This document shows positions 10,574-20,839 of a stretch of DNA of 64,000 nt, one piece after another. The stretch's first letter is position 1; each line of letters starts with the position of its first letter. The DNA comes from Spirochaetia bacterium (GTDB lineage Bacteria > Spirochaetota > Leptospiria > Turneriellales > JAOUFE01), in NCBI GenBank assembly GCA_029857955.1, contig JAOUFY010000004.1, positions 7,954 to 71,953 of the forward strand, written 5' to 3'. The notes beneath the pieces are model-generated. The model was not told the DNA's origin, did no database searches, and worked only from the letters and a program-made list of their open reading frames with translations. Made by a program: the position numbers and the translations under genes.

Positions 10574-11211
10574 ATGACAAAAATATTAAACTAATTGTCG
10601 CTTCTACGGGCGGTTCAGGAAGCGGTTATTTGATGAGACTTTTTTATCATTTGCTTTCGGTATCCGGCGAAACGCACTGGATGGCCAGCGATAATTTTTT
10701 TACCGTGATGGATTCAGAATACGGATTTAATTTTGCAAATATACCTTTTGGCATCTGTACAAATGAACTTACAGATAAGTTATCAGAAGTTTATTCGATA
10801 AATAAAAAAAACGTTTATCACAAATTTTACAGACATGATTACCGCGATATTTCAGCTGCGCCTTCAAGCGGTTCCGTTTTTTTTGACGCAATGATCGTTT
10901 TACCCTGCAGCATGAAAACTCTCGGCGCAATTGCCGGCGGCGTCAGTTCAAATTTAATTGAACGCTCGGCGGATGTTTCTTTAAAAGAACGCCGTAAGCT
11001 GATATTAGTTCCGCGCGAGACTCCATACAACCTCATTCATCTTGAAAACATGCGCCTTCTGACGCTGGCTAACGCTGTGATTTTACCGGCATCGCCGGGC
11101 TTTTATCATCATCCCGAAACTTTAAATGACATTTATGATTTTATCGTTGATCGGCTGTTTGCTCACGTTGGCATCGAGAAGCGGGCGATCAAAGCCTGGG
11201 ACGAAAAATAA
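10570..11211 (+). CDS. ubiX: Flavin prenyltransferase UbiX
   Basis: TGGSG, SSGS, PCSMKTL, LKERRKLILVPRETP, PASPGFY; ATGA overlap with upstream gene. Confidence 0.93.
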   Translation: MNDKNIKLIVASTGGSGSGYLMRLFYHLLSVSGETHWMASDNFFTVMDSEYGFNFANIPFGICTNELTDKLSEVYSINKKNVYHKFYRHDYRDISAAPSSGSVFFDAMIVLPCSMKTLGAIAGGVSSNLIERSADVSLKERRKLILVPRETPYNLIHLENMRLLTLANAVILPASPGFYHHPETLNDIYDFIVDRLFAHVGIEKRAIKAWDEK

Positions 11212-11222
11212 AAAAATAGAAT

Positions 11223-12644
11223 TCAGTGCAGTAATTCTCTTAAGAGTCCTTTTTCGTTCTGGTATGCTTTGTAGATATTTTCGGCATCTGCTTCTTCAAT
11301 TTTCCAGACAGATTTGATCGTTAAAATTTTCATGTCATGAGACGTGAAATCTTTATCAATGGAATTTAGTATTGCCAAAAAAAGACCTGGCAGTCGCAAA
11401 CCATTTTGAACGGCTTTTTGTATCTCAAAAAAATCTTTATTCGGATAAATTTCTCTTACACTTGAAAACAAAATAACGGCTTCTGCCTTCATCGGGGTAG
11501 TTTTGTCGAGCGACAGCTCTTCTGTTGCCGCTTGAATTTTATCGATCAAAACGTCTGATATATGATATTTTTTTAATACCGTTTTTAACATGATGATCTG
11601 GCCTTTGGCAGACAGCGCCTTTAGCTCTTTTCTTCTAATAATTTTTTCCATTTCTTTTTCAAGTTCAGCTTTAATGACCTTAAAGTCTTCAGGCATTAAT
11701 GCTCCAATTCTGTTTAATATGCGGGTATGTTCTTTAGTGTTTTCTGTTTTAAGAAATTCACTTTTTAATGACCGAATGATTTCATCATTCCCAGGGTCTT
11801 TTTGATAACCAAGAACTTTTAAAATTAGAAGTTTTGTCTCTTCGTCGTATATGTTGCTATTGTACATCGCCATAAATTTATTTCGAGAATCTGGAGTGTA
11901 GGCATTGTACAGTTCATTTAAAATAGTTGTTTTTAAAATTTTTGATGTATCTGATTTAATTAAATTCAGCAATGTATCTTCAATATTTTTAAAGGAGGCT
12001 TCCAGTTTTGATTTTTTTTCCAAATCTGGGGACTCAAGTTCATTTTGTTTTTTAAGTTCATTTTTTCGATCGACGAAGATTCTAACTAAAGCTTGAACAA
12101 TCTCTGATTTTCGAATTTCATCATTTTCAGATGGTTTAAGCAAATCTTCAATGAGTAATTTCTCGGACTCATCATCTTTAATTTCACCAAGTATTTGAAT
12201 TTCATTTGAAGATAATCCGTTGTTTTTATCTGCATTTTTTTTAATGATATCAATAATATCGCTATATATTTTTTTAGTTACCTCAGGGTCGTCGCTGGCC
12301 TTACTTTGCTCGTAAAGACCGTTTAATGCCATCGTATTTATTTCGTTGGAGGTTGATTCTGACTGGGCTTCTTTTTTTAACAATTCCCTTGATTCATCTG
12401 TGGGTATGGATGCCAAGTCCTTAATGATCATTTCCTGAAGTTCGGGATTATTTTCTTCTTGTGCCTTTTCCAGTGCCTTTTCATAATTTTCATAACTATT
12501 TTTGTCGCCGCTTTTTGCCTGTTCATGATTTATGTCAAGGCTGTCTTTATCTTTAATTTGTCTTGAACCGCAATTACAAATAAATAAGGAGCAAAAATGG
12601 AGCAGTATTAATAAATGTAAAGACTGTTTTTTATGAATACTCAT
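11223..12644 (-). CDS. Hypothetical helical (HEAT-like) lipoprotein
   Basis: 473-aa ORF; hydrophobic leader ending FICNC; charged amphipathic helices. Confidence 0.6.
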   Translation of the reverse strand: MSIHKKQSLHLLILLHFCSLFICNCGSRQIKDKDSLDINHEQAKSGDKNSYENYEKALEKAQEENNPELQEMIIKDLASIPTDESRELLKKEAQSESTSNEINTMALNGLYEQSKASDDPEVTKKIYSDIIDIIKKNADKNNGLSSNEIQILGEIKDDESEKLLIEDLLKPSENDEIRKSEIVQALVRIFVDRKNELKKQNELESPDLEKKSKLEASFKNIEDTLLNLIKSDTSKILKTTILNELYNAYTPDSRNKFMAMYNSNIYDEETKLLILKVLGYQKDPGNDEIIRSLKSEFLKTENTKEHTRILNRIGALMPEDFKVIKAELEKEMEKIIRRKELKALSAKGQIIMLKTVLKKYHISDVLIDKIQAATEELSLDKTTPMKAEAVILFSSVREIYPNKDFFEIQKAVQNGLRLPGLFLAILNSIDKDFTSHDMKILTIKSVWKIEEADAENIYKAYQNEKGLLRELLH

Positions 12645-12889
12645 AGATTGATTATCGGTTAGTTCACTGGTTTTAGATAATTCATTTGCAGGCTTTACTT
12701 TTAAAACTTAAGGAATAAACCAGCCGGGTAAAATTTTAAAAAATAGTATATTAGAAAATGATAATATTATGGTCGAACCCAGGGATTTTTGGCATATTTA
12801 AAAAGTTAAAATTTTAAAAAGTATGTCATGTCAATTTAATGCCGGCAGAAATTTAATTTTAAATTTAACAAGTTAAAAATGGAGAATCA

Positions 12890-13297
12890 ATGAAAACAGT
12901 AAATAACGCGGTGAAAATAATATTTCTTACAATTTTATTTGTAAATTTATCAAATTGTAAACCAAAGGCTTTAGAAGCTTCAAGTATTGAAATTGGGATG
13001 AATGAATTTATCTCAGCCTATGACAGCAATGAAAAAATTCAATTGCTGGATGTTCGTACGCCAGAAGAGTATCAGTCAGGTCATGTACCTCGCGCGGTAA
13101 CATTGCCTTTAGATGAGTTAACTTCAGGCGCAACAGTTCCGTTTGAAAAAACGTCAGAAATCTATGTTATATGCCGCTCAGGCAAACGATCCATGGCGGC
13201 AACTCAGTATTTAAAAAGTCAGGGATACACGAATGTAAAATCCATCTCTGGCGGTACAGTAGCATGGTCAGCGCAAAATAAGCCTCTCGACAAATAA
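12890..13297 (+). CDS. Rhodanese-like lipoprotein
   Basis: LLDVRTPEEY..GHVP, active-site loop CRSGKRS, GGTVAW; leader ending LSNC; GGAG SD. Confidence 0.92.
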   Translation: MKTVNNAVKIIFLTILFVNLSNCKPKALEASSIEIGMNEFISAYDSNEKIQLLDVRTPEEYQSGHVPRAVTLPLDELTSGATVPFEKTSEIYVICRSGKRSMAATQYLKSQGYTNVKSISGGTVAWSAQNKPLDK

Positions 13298-13319
13298 TTA
13301 AATTCAATTTAATACATAA

Positions 13320-13362
13320 TCAAGCCTGGTAATGGAGAATTTGTTTCCAGGCCTGATTTTTT
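13320..13362 (+). terminator. Probable intrinsic terminator after the rhodanese gene
   Basis: TCAAGCCTGG...CCAGGCCTGA stem followed by a T run. Confidence 0.55.
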
Positions 13363-13604
13363 AATTTTCAATAATATTCTCTATCTAAATCAGGATAATT
13401 CTTTAATTACGCAAATATGAAGTTACCTTTTTTTCAGGTAAAATTATTTTTAGTGCTTTACATTGCAGGGCACAAACGAGTAGTGTCCACAAGTTGAAGT
13501 TCAATTGTTTAGAATATTTATCCCGCAGAGTATCTCAGTATAATCCTCACGTATTTTATTCCTTTCAAATTAAATTCATCTAACTAAAACACAAGGAGCA
13601 TTTA

Positions 13605-13892
13605 ATGCAAATATACGTAGGAAACCTGGATTACGGAACAAACGATCAGGCATTGACCGATCTTTTCTCACCATTTGGCGAAGTCGTCAGTGCGAAGATC
13701 ATCATGGATCGTGACACAAACAGATCAAAAGGATTTGGCTTTGTTGAAATGGCCTCAAAAAACGAGGGCATCAAAGCAATATCAAAACTTGACGGTCAAG
13801 ATCTTAACGGTCGTAACATTAAGGTAAACGAAGCGCAGCAAAAACCACAGGGTGGCGGCGGCGGCGGTGGAAACCGTGACAGACGTTGGTAG
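13605..13892 (+). CDS. RRM RNA-binding protein with Gly-rich tail
   Basis: IYVGNL (RNP2), RSKGFGFVEM (RNP1), GGGGGGG tail; AAGGAG SD. Confidence 0.96.
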   Translation: MQIYVGNLDYGTNDQALTDLFSPFGEVVSAKIIMDRDTNRSKGFGFVEMASKNEGIKAISKLDGQDLNGRNIKVNEAQQKPQGGGGGGGNRDRRW

Positions 13893-13920
13893 TCAGCGTT
13901 TAAATTAATTTATTAATTTA

Positions 13921-14040
13921 AAGGGGAGTAAGCTCCCCACGCTTCAAAGCCCGCCCTTCGAAGTCGTCTTGATTTTCCGGTTGTATAATAACCGAAAGAT
14001 TGAGGCGAAGTCGGGGGGCGGGCTTTTTCGCTTCCCCTCT
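13921..14040. repeat. Structured intergenic element (G4/G4/C4 family, copy A) with a ~37-bp hairpin
   Basis: GGGGAG-taag-CTCCCC, then CGCTTC-[hairpin 13946-14026]-TTCGCTTCCCC. Confidence 0.75.
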
Positions 14041-14199
14041 TATATTTTCGTTACACCGGAGATCTCTAAAATTTTCCATTTCATAAAATCTAATCTTTTA
14101 AAAAAACTGGTTTTGGCGGTGAAATGAAATGATTCGAAAAATACCTTTTAAATTTGCTTTGCATTTTCTGTTGGTTTTATCTGTTATCGCGGTACTTTT

Positions 14200-14439
14200 T
14201 CACATCGGCGTTTTGTTCAGGGTAATTCCCTTTTCGATCACTTCTTTAACTCGACCAACTTCGCCCGAAGTAAGCCTGACTTTAATGCCGTGAGGATGGT
14301 TTGGAGAGTTGGTTAAAATATTCTGGACAATTCCCTCTGTTAGTTTACCGCTTCGCTGATCAGCTTTAAGAACAATTCTAACCCTCAGCCCGGCTTTGAT
14401 GTTTTTACGTTGTTGTCCGTTTGTACTGTCGGTATTCAT
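14200..14439 (-). CDS. YwbE family protein (DUF2196)
   Basis: VRIVLKADQRSGKLTEGIVQNILTNSPNHPHGIKVRL..G.VGRV. Confidence 0.92.
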   Translation of the reverse strand: MNTDSTNGQQRKNIKAGLRVRIVLKADQRSGKLTEGIVQNILTNSPNHPHGIKVRLTSGEVGRVKEVIEKGITLNKTPM

Positions 14440-14443
14440 AAAA

Positions 14444-15493
14444 TTATTTTGATTTAATTAAACCTTTCGATATCAATGTACGGGCAGTTGTTAAAATCGA
14501 CTCTTTGGCAGGTATCGGCGATATTCCAAGAAGGGTTTTCATGCGTTTATTGCTGAGTTCTCTTTTAATGCCCAGCTCAAATAAAACACCTTTGGTTTCT
14601 TTGTCAAACAATGAAAATAATTTAACTAAAAAATCGGGTATCGTTAAACGCGGTATTTTATACCCTTGAGGCGCAAATTCTTCGGCAAGAATGGCGGCAA
14701 TTTCGGTAAACCAGACGAATCGATCAGTGATGATAATTCTTTTACCGTTTGCTTCCGGTAATGTCATGGCTTTTAAATGAGCCAGGGCAACGTCTCTGAC
14801 GTCGACTATTTGAAAACCAAGGTTGGGCAGGGCCGGCACATCTCTATCAAGAACTTTTTTAACTATCAATGCGGAAGTTCCGCATTCATTGCCGAGAATC
14901 GGACCAAGAATGGCAGAAGGATTGATGGTTACCAGTTCTAACTTGCGACTTGCTTTATTTTCAATAAAATTCCAGGCCGCTTTTTCAGCAAGGGTTTTAC
15001 TGATCATATAGGGAGCATTATCTTTGCCATGAACATCAGACCATGTATTTTCATCGAGCATAGAAATATTTTTAGGGTAGGGATGCCCATAAGAAATGGC
15101 CGCCATGGATGAAGTCATGACCACACGTTTTACCTTGTTATTTAAAGAAGCGGTAAGTACGCGAAGTGTACCTTCAACAGCAGGCTTTATTAACTCATTT
15201 TCCGCATCTTTCGGAATACCGGCAGGTAAAGGCGAAGCGACGTGTAATACACAGGTAGAACCTTTTACAGCCTCATCCCAGTTTTTGTCGGATGTTAAAT
15301 CGGCTTCAATAAAGGTCAATTGATTCGCAGAATATTTTACATTTTCGCTTAATAAATTTCGAATATCTTTTTCTCTCGATTTGTTGCGGATCGTGGTTTT
15401 TACGCTATAACCATTTTGTAAAAGCTGTAAAATACAATGAGATGCCAGAAAGCCGGATCCGCCGGTAACCGTGACCTTTTTTTTATTTAACAT
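14444..15493 (-). CDS. NAD(P)-dependent aldehyde reductase / epimerase-dehydratase (extended SDR)
   Basis: VTGGSGFLAS, VLHVASP, TSSMAA, YxxSK; ATG 15493 with AAGGA SD. Confidence 0.9.
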   Translation of the reverse strand: MLNKKKVTVTGGSGFLASHCILQLLQNGYSVKTTIRNKSREKDIRNLLSENVKYSANQLTFIEADLTSDKNWDEAVKGSTCVLHVASPLPAGIPKDAENELIKPAVEGTLRVLTASLNNKVKRVVMTSSMAAISYGHPYPKNISMLDENTWSDVHGKDNAPYMISKTLAEKAAWNFIENKASRKLELVTINPSAILGPILGNECGTSALIVKKVLDRDVPALPNLGFQIVDVRDVALAHLKAMTLPEANGKRIIITDRFVWFTEIAAILAEEFAPQGYKIPRLTIPDFLVKLFSLFDKETKGVLFELGIKRELSNKRMKTLLGISPIPAKESILTTARTLISKGLIKSK

Positions 15494-15562
15494 AAGTTCC
15501 TTTTGATTTTCATATAAAATGACAAGACAGTATTTTACTGTAGACGTCAAATGTTTTAAAAA

Positions 15563-15792
15563 GGGGAGAAGATGGAAAATTGTTCATTTCGCGGGGCTGT
15601 CTAAAAAGTTGCATCGATACAATTTTTGCCCCGTTTATTGAGTGAAAACGGTCTCTTTTTGCATAAAAAGGCCATTTTTGTATCGAAATAAGGGACAAAA
15701 ACCACTCAGCGACCTCTTTTAGACAGCCCCGCGATCAAACGTTTCTCCCCCCGCTTCAACCTTTTGCCAGGCTCAAGGTTTTCGCTTCCCCT
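15563..15792. repeat. G4/G4/C4 family copy B, carrying a nested MITE-like element
   Basis: GGGGAGAA(15563)...TTCTCCCC(15750)-CCGCTTC-AACCTT...AAGGTT-TTCGCTTCCCC; same linkers as copy A. Confidence 0.75.
15589..15734. mobile_element. MITE-like element with 18-bp perfect terminal inverted repeats
   Basis: TCGCGGGGCTGTCTAAAA (15589-15606) / TTTTAGACAGCCCCGCGA (15717-15734); the same end recurs at 54101. Confidence 0.7.
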
Positions 15793-15806
15793 TTTATAAA
15801 TTCAAA

Positions 15807-17405
15807 TCATCGAACAGGCAATGCCAAAGAAGCTGCCAATGTACGGGCGGCTCGCATGATGACCGCCATTGTGGTGATTTGCGGGTTCACGCCAAGCGCC
15901 GTCGGAAAAACAGATGCATCCATGACGAAAATATTTTTATGCCCATAAAGTTCAAAATTCGGGGCGACGGCTCCTGTTTTTAAATCTGCCGAGGCTTGTA
16001 TTGAACCTTGAGGGTGGGCGCTTCCGACGGCAAAAAAGTTTTCTTGCGATTCAGATAAAATCCAGCTAAAGTCCTGTCCTTTTCTAACGGGAAAGGGTTT
16101 TGTTAAACTCCTGAAAGGTAAGATCAATTCAGTTGCGCCGGCAGCAGTTTGTACTTCGGCTAGAGTTTTTAACCCCAGCAGCATATTGGCTGCGTCAGCG
16201 TCAGACAGCTTATAATAAATTTTTCTTTTTCCAAATTTCCATTCAACAGAAGAATTTACCGGTGAGCCTGCGCCGTCTCTAGCTAAAACAATGCCAGCGT
16301 GAAAGTTACGGTAATTTTTCATTGTTTTAAATTGTTCTTTTCCATAAAAAGGCACGAGGGCAGTTGTGAGGTTTAGTCGATAAGGAGCAGCTTCCATCCA
16401 GAAGCCATATCCGTTATTTGCAGGCAGACCTTTGCTGATAACGACAGACTGCGGAATTCCCTGAAACATGTTTATCTCTCGGTTAAACTTTGCAAAAATT
16501 GTCTGGGTAGGATGAATTTTAAGATGTTTACCCACCATGGAATTACCCAGGCCGCTGCGTAAAATCAAGGCCGGCGATTCAATTGCGCCGCCGCTGATGA
16601 TGACGACCCTTGCTGTAATCTCCATTTTTTCAAAAATACCCGAAGGTATAGATTCAAAGCGATCAGGTGAAAATTCCGCTAAAACTTTTTTTTCATCTCC
16701 GTCAAAGATTTTTACCGCTTGCATGTTTGTAACGACCGTGGCGCCATTTGCAATGGCATCGGGAATGTAGGTAAGTGACATGGATTGCTTGGCGTTAATG
16801 GGGCAGCCCAGAGAGCATCGTCCAAGTCCGACACATCCGCGGCTGTTGTTTTTTAATACTTCAGGGTTTAGGGACATAGCGCGGGCGCCTTTAAACAAGA
16901 CGTTATTGTTTTCGTTTCGCATCGAAACAGGCACTTCATGAACTCCGATTCTTTGATGAACCTGATCGATGTAGGTCGACATTTCCTTTTTTCCATACCC
17001 TTCTAAACCAAAATTTGTTTTCCATTCTTCGGTCACGTGATTTTCCGGGTATAAAGATGCCTGCCAGTTTACAGTTGTAGAGCCGCCTAAAGTACGTCCC
17101 TGTAAAATAGAGACGCGCCCTTCTTCTTCAGAAATGATTCCTCCATCGCGGTACATACGGGCAAGACCTTGATATTCATCTGGAGAAAATTTATCGGGGC
17201 CAAAAAATGAGCCTTCTTCAATTAAAATTACTTTTAAACCTTTGGCCGATAATTCTGCCGCTGCGACAGCGCCGCCTGCGCCGGAACCAATGACGACGGC
17301 ATCGGCAGAAAACTTCCAGATGTTTGTTTTTAATCCCAGCTTTTTTCGTATTTCGATATGTTTTTCAGGGGTAATGACCTGATCCAGATACATGTCAACA
17401 TTCAT
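15807..17405 (-). CDS. GMC-family oxidoreductase
   Basis: VIGSGAGG, GRTLGGSTTVN, CVGLGRCSLGCP, SAHPQG, DASVFPTALGVNPQIT. Confidence 0.92.
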   Translation of the reverse strand: MNVDMYLDQVITPEKHIEIRKKLGLKTNIWKFSADAVVIGSGAGGAVAAAELSAKGLKVILIEEGSFFGPDKFSPDEYQGLARMYRDGGIISEEEGRVSILQGRTLGGSTTVNWQASLYPENHVTEEWKTNFGLEGYGKKEMSTYIDQVHQRIGVHEVPVSMRNENNNVLFKGARAMSLNPEVLKNNSRGCVGLGRCSLGCPINAKQSMSLTYIPDAIANGATVVTNMQAVKIFDGDEKKVLAEFSPDRFESIPSGIFEKMEITARVVIISGGAIESPALILRSGLGNSMVGKHLKIHPTQTIFAKFNREINMFQGIPQSVVISKGLPANNGYGFWMEAAPYRLNLTTALVPFYGKEQFKTMKNYRNFHAGIVLARDGAGSPVNSSVEWKFGKRKIYYKLSDADAANMLLGLKTLAEVQTAAGATELILPFRSLTKPFPVRKGQDFSWILSESQENFFAVGSAHPQGSIQASADLKTGAVAPNFELYGHKNIFVMDASVFPTALGVNPQITTMAVIMRAARTLAASLALPVR

Positions 17406-17959
17406 ATGGAGATTCCTGTGTATTTTTGATAATCGACGTTACCCGAAACAAGAGACATGCAAAGTTTATGCATTAACGTATAAATTCCTCGCTGCAGAGG
17501 ATCATGAGAATTTCTCCATTTTAAAAAAGTCATTTCTTTTTCAGCGTCGTTCATATGGGTCAGGGTGATTAATGATTTGTTTATATAAAGCATTCCTAAT
17601 ATGGAAGATGGAATGCTCACCAGTTCAAGAATAGCTTTTTCTGTAGGGTGTGGGTTTTTTGCTCCATAAAGGTATTCATCAAGGGCCTGCCCGATGTTAA
17701 AATTTTGAACAGGCATATCTTTTATAAAAAAATTACCCATGATGGTGATGTTTTCATAATTCTGGTCGCTGAGTTTTTTTAAAGCAACGGGCGCTTTTTT
17801 TGATAAATTGCATCCTGTGACATTCATGGCAAGATAAACCAGCGCCGAAGTTTTTAGAGTCAGTTTCAAAAAGGCGTTTCTATCTATGGCGTTATTTGTT
17901 AAATGTTCAAGAAGATGATCGCTGGTAGAGTTTATATTATTAGAATCTTTTTTCAGCAT
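17402..17959 (-). CDS. Small partner of the GMC oxidoreductase, with Tat-like lipoprotein leader
   Basis: DRNAFLK degenerate Tat motif, then VTGC; ATGA overlap with the GMC gene. Confidence 0.6.
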   Translation of the reverse strand: MLKKDSNNINSTSDHLLEHLTNNAIDRNAFLKLTLKTSALVYLAMNVTGCNLSKKAPVALKKLSDQNYENITIMGNFFIKDMPVQNFNIGQALDEYLYGAKNPHPTEKAILELVSIPSSILGMLYINKSLITLTHMNDAEKEMTFLKWRNSHDPLQRGIYTLMHKLCMSLVSGNVDYQKYTGISI

Positions 17960-18486
17960 GTCATAACATTCCTTTGAAATCTTTTTATAAGATCAAAATA
18001 ACATTACCTTTCTAAATGTAAATTCAATTTATTAAAGTATTGAATCATGGTAATTAAAATAATACCGAAGAAAACATACGAGATCATGATCGACAATCAG
18101 AAGAGCGGCGAAATAACGTTCGCGGTTCAAATGTAAAATAATTGTATTAATCGATAATAAAATAACAAATGTGTTAGATATTGGTTCTCATAAAGAATCG
18201 AGAGTGAAATATATTTCGGTATATGGACGGGATATAATAATTATTATTTTTAAGAGTCCAAATGCAATTGATGTGCCTAAGCTTATATTAAATGATGAAG
18301 GTTATACATGGAAAAAAGAAACCAAATATTTCTTTAGAGAACCATATGCTTCTTAACCAGGATAAAATTATTTATTCGTTTGGCATTTCTAGTGATTTGA
18401 AAAAAAAGAAGTTGAGAGAATGAAACTCGTGGGGTTGGTCTCTGTCAAAAATATATTTACAGTGGTGGTTAACCAAGCACCGATCG

Positions 18487-18643
18487 TTATGACCATCGTG
18501 GTCATTCCGTAGGCTTGGCCCGCATCGTGCGGAGCCTACCTTATGACCATCGTGGTCATTCCGTAGGCTTGGCCCGCATCGTGTGGAGCCTACCTTATGA
18601 CCATCGTGGTCATTCGCAGGCTTGCCCCGCATCGTGCGGAGCC
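18487..18643. repeat. Three tandem ~54-bp palindromic (REP-like) units
   Basis: TTATGACCATCGTGGTCATTCCGTAGGCTTGGCCCGCATCGTGCGGAGCCTACC at 18487 and 18541 (1 mismatch); degenerate third copy at 18595. Confidence 0.9.
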
Positions 18644-18678
18644 ATGATTAAAGCAGATTTTCGTTAGGTGAAATAAAT

Positions 18679-19428
18679 CTATATCGAACTCTGAGGCTTT
18701 GGTCCCATTAATTTTTCAATCATGTTTTTCATCTTTTCAAAAGAACTGTAGCCATGTGTGATAAAATGCCGTTTATTGTTTTTGGACAATATAACAGCAG
18801 GAAAAGCCTGCACGCCCCATTTGCGGTTTAAGTCAAATTCCATGAAAGTTTCGTCTTTGACTTCTTCGTTTTCAAAACGGGTTTTAAATTCCGAATAGTT
18901 AATTTTAAATTCATCACAAATACTTTTATAAAAATCAAGACTGGCTGGATTTTCTGATTCGACATAAAATTTACGCTGTATGGCCTCAAAAAATTCCATT
19001 TCTGCTGCCCCGATTAACGGTCTTGCCGCTACCACCGCGCGACATGGCGGTTCGGTGTCGTAATTAAATGATTCCAACTCAAAAAGCTTATAACCAAATG
19101 GCCGGCTGCTTTTTTGGCGAACCTGTTCCCAATGGTGTTTTAGCATTTCCTTCATGTTGATGTCCCACTTTCCTCCGCCGCCGGGTCTTAGACCGCCGAC
19201 GACTATTTTAAACGGGATTTTAGTTTGCAAGAAATGATCTCGCAGTTGAATTAAAGCGGAAGAAATTCCATAGCACCATGAACACATCGGGTCGCCGACA
19301 TAGATGATTTCGACTTTGTTATTTTCCTCATGAGAACCCGCCGCAGACAGCTCTTTAAAACTCGAAACCGGACAAATGCCGGTTTCGATGTCGCAATATT
19401 TTTTGTCATTTGTATTCTCATCGATCAT
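18679..19428 (-). CDS. DsbA-family protein
   Basis: DPMCSWCYG, GGLRPG, PPCRAV, GVQAFP; N-terminal CDIETGIC. Confidence 0.88.
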   Translation of the reverse strand: MIDENTNDKKYCDIETGICPVSSFKELSAAGSHEENNKVEIIYVGDPMCSWCYGISSALIQLRDHFLQTKIPFKIVVGGLRPGGGGKWDINMKEMLKHHWEQVRQKSSRPFGYKLFELESFNYDTEPPCRAVVAARPLIGAAEMEFFEAIQRKFYVESENPASLDFYKSICDEFKINYSEFKTRFENEEVKDETFMEFDLNRKWGVQAFPAVILSKNNKRHFITHGYSSFEKMKNMIEKLMGPKPQSSI

Positions 19429-19811
19429 TGTTTACATCGTTTTGATATGTTAGTTTTTAATTACTTTGGGTATCCGTTTTTGAAAGATTGAATGCATGAA
19501 GTGTAATAAAAAGTTATTAACTCAAATGGGATACTAAAAATTTCATTAATTTGTTTTTTTGTAAAATTCGTCTACAAATTTTAAGGATGAACCTTTGGTA
19601 TTTTTTATTGCGTTTGATACTTTTGGTTTCAGGGGCATGGGTTTTTTCATTTATGCTTAAAACCGTATGTTCAAAACCTGTCTCCAAAAAATATTTTGTG
19701 TGTATTATGGAAAAGAATTTGCGAAAAGAAACGGGAGTGAAAATATCCATATTAAATATTTTCATTCCCTCATATATAATGTATTTTTTGCAGAAAATTC
19801 ATATGTACCTG

Positions 19812-20573
19812 TCAGGCTGCAATAAATCCGCCGTCAACTGCCATTGGAAATCCGGTAACAAATGAAGCGGCGTCTGAGCATAACCATACAACAGCTTCAG
19901 CAATTTCAGTTGGTTTACCAAGGCGTCCAACGGGCTCCATCGCTATCATGCCTTTTTCAGCTTCGGCGTCTCCATGTGTAAATCTGTCAATCATTGGAGT
20001 TTTAATTACGCCAGGACAAACGGCATTGATTCGAATACCGTCTTTGGCATATTCAAGGGCTGCGGCCCTGGTTATACCCACCACGCCATGTTTGCTTGCT
20101 GTGTATGGTGTAATTCCGGCAAAACCGGCCAAGCCAGCCACCGATGCTGTATTTACGATCGCTCCATATTTTTGTTTTAACATATGTGGCAATTCGTATT
20201 TCATGCAAAGCCAGATACCCTTTAAATTAATGTCGATTACACGGTTCCAGTTTTCTTCGGTTTGATCAATGATGTTCGCCTGATCGCCTTCTATACCTGC
20301 ATTATTGGCTGCATAATCAATCCTTCCAAATTTTTCAATGACTGTTTTGACCATGGCTTCTACTTCTTTGCTTTTAGAGACATCGGCTTTTATGAAAACA
20401 GCCTTTCCTTTGTGCAGCTGCTCAATCATGCTTACGGTTTCTTTTGCCCCGGATTCATTTAAATCTACCACGGCTACTTTCGCGCCTTCTCTGGCAAAAA
20501 CCAGAGCTATTTCTCTTCCAATTCCAGAGCCGGCTCCCGTTACCAGGGCAACTCTATCATTCATTGGTTTCAT
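19812..20573 (-). CDS. Classical SDR oxidoreductase
   Basis: TGAGSGIG, NNAG, YTASKHG, NAVCPG, VDGG; AAGGAGG SD. Confidence 0.95.
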   Translation of the reverse strand: MKPMNDRVALVTGAGSGIGREIALVFAREGAKVAVVDLNESGAKETVSMIEQLHKGKAVFIKADVSKSKEVEAMVKTVIEKFGRIDYAANNAGIEGDQANIIDQTEENWNRVIDINLKGIWLCMKYELPHMLKQKYGAIVNTASVAGLAGFAGITPYTASKHGVVGITRAAALEYAKDGIRINAVCPGVIKTPMIDRFTHGDAEAEKGMIAMEPVGRLGKPTEIAEAVVWLCSDAASFVTGFPMAVDGGFIAA

Positions 20574-20839
20574 AAAATCCTCCTTACATATTAATAATAT
20601 GATGAAAATATGAGTATAACCATTATTTTCAGTAATTTTAAAGCTTAAATATTTGTTTAATTATAATTAATATAAAATCGATACTCTTTACTTAAATAAA
20701 ATCACAGCATTTCAATTTATAATCCAAACGTCTTTACATATGGACATTATATGAAACTATTGACAGATAATATTCATTTTTTAAAATTACCCATGATAAA
20801 TTCATTGAATTTTATAAAAGTTTTACCTCAGGAGAAATT

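Noticed and set aside
13298-13604. Riboswitch in the long RRM upstream region
   Set aside because: Only a small GGGCAC/GTGTCC hairpin is present; no aptamer consensus I can recognise.
18048-18356. Short + strand ORFs (about 29 and 61 aa)
   Set aside because: No recognisable motif or SD; possibly a decayed gene but not supportable.
18372-18632. 86-aa ORF with repeated NDHDGH motif
   Set aside because: Arises because the 54-bp palindromic repeat is a multiple of 3; no other coding support.
18487-18643. CRISPR array
   Set aside because: Units are contiguous near-identical 54-mers with no unique spacers, and there are no cas genes in the window.
19517-19865. Overlapping 82-aa (-) and 104-aa (+) ORFs
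   Set aside because: No domain signal and AT-rich intergenic character; coding status unsupported.
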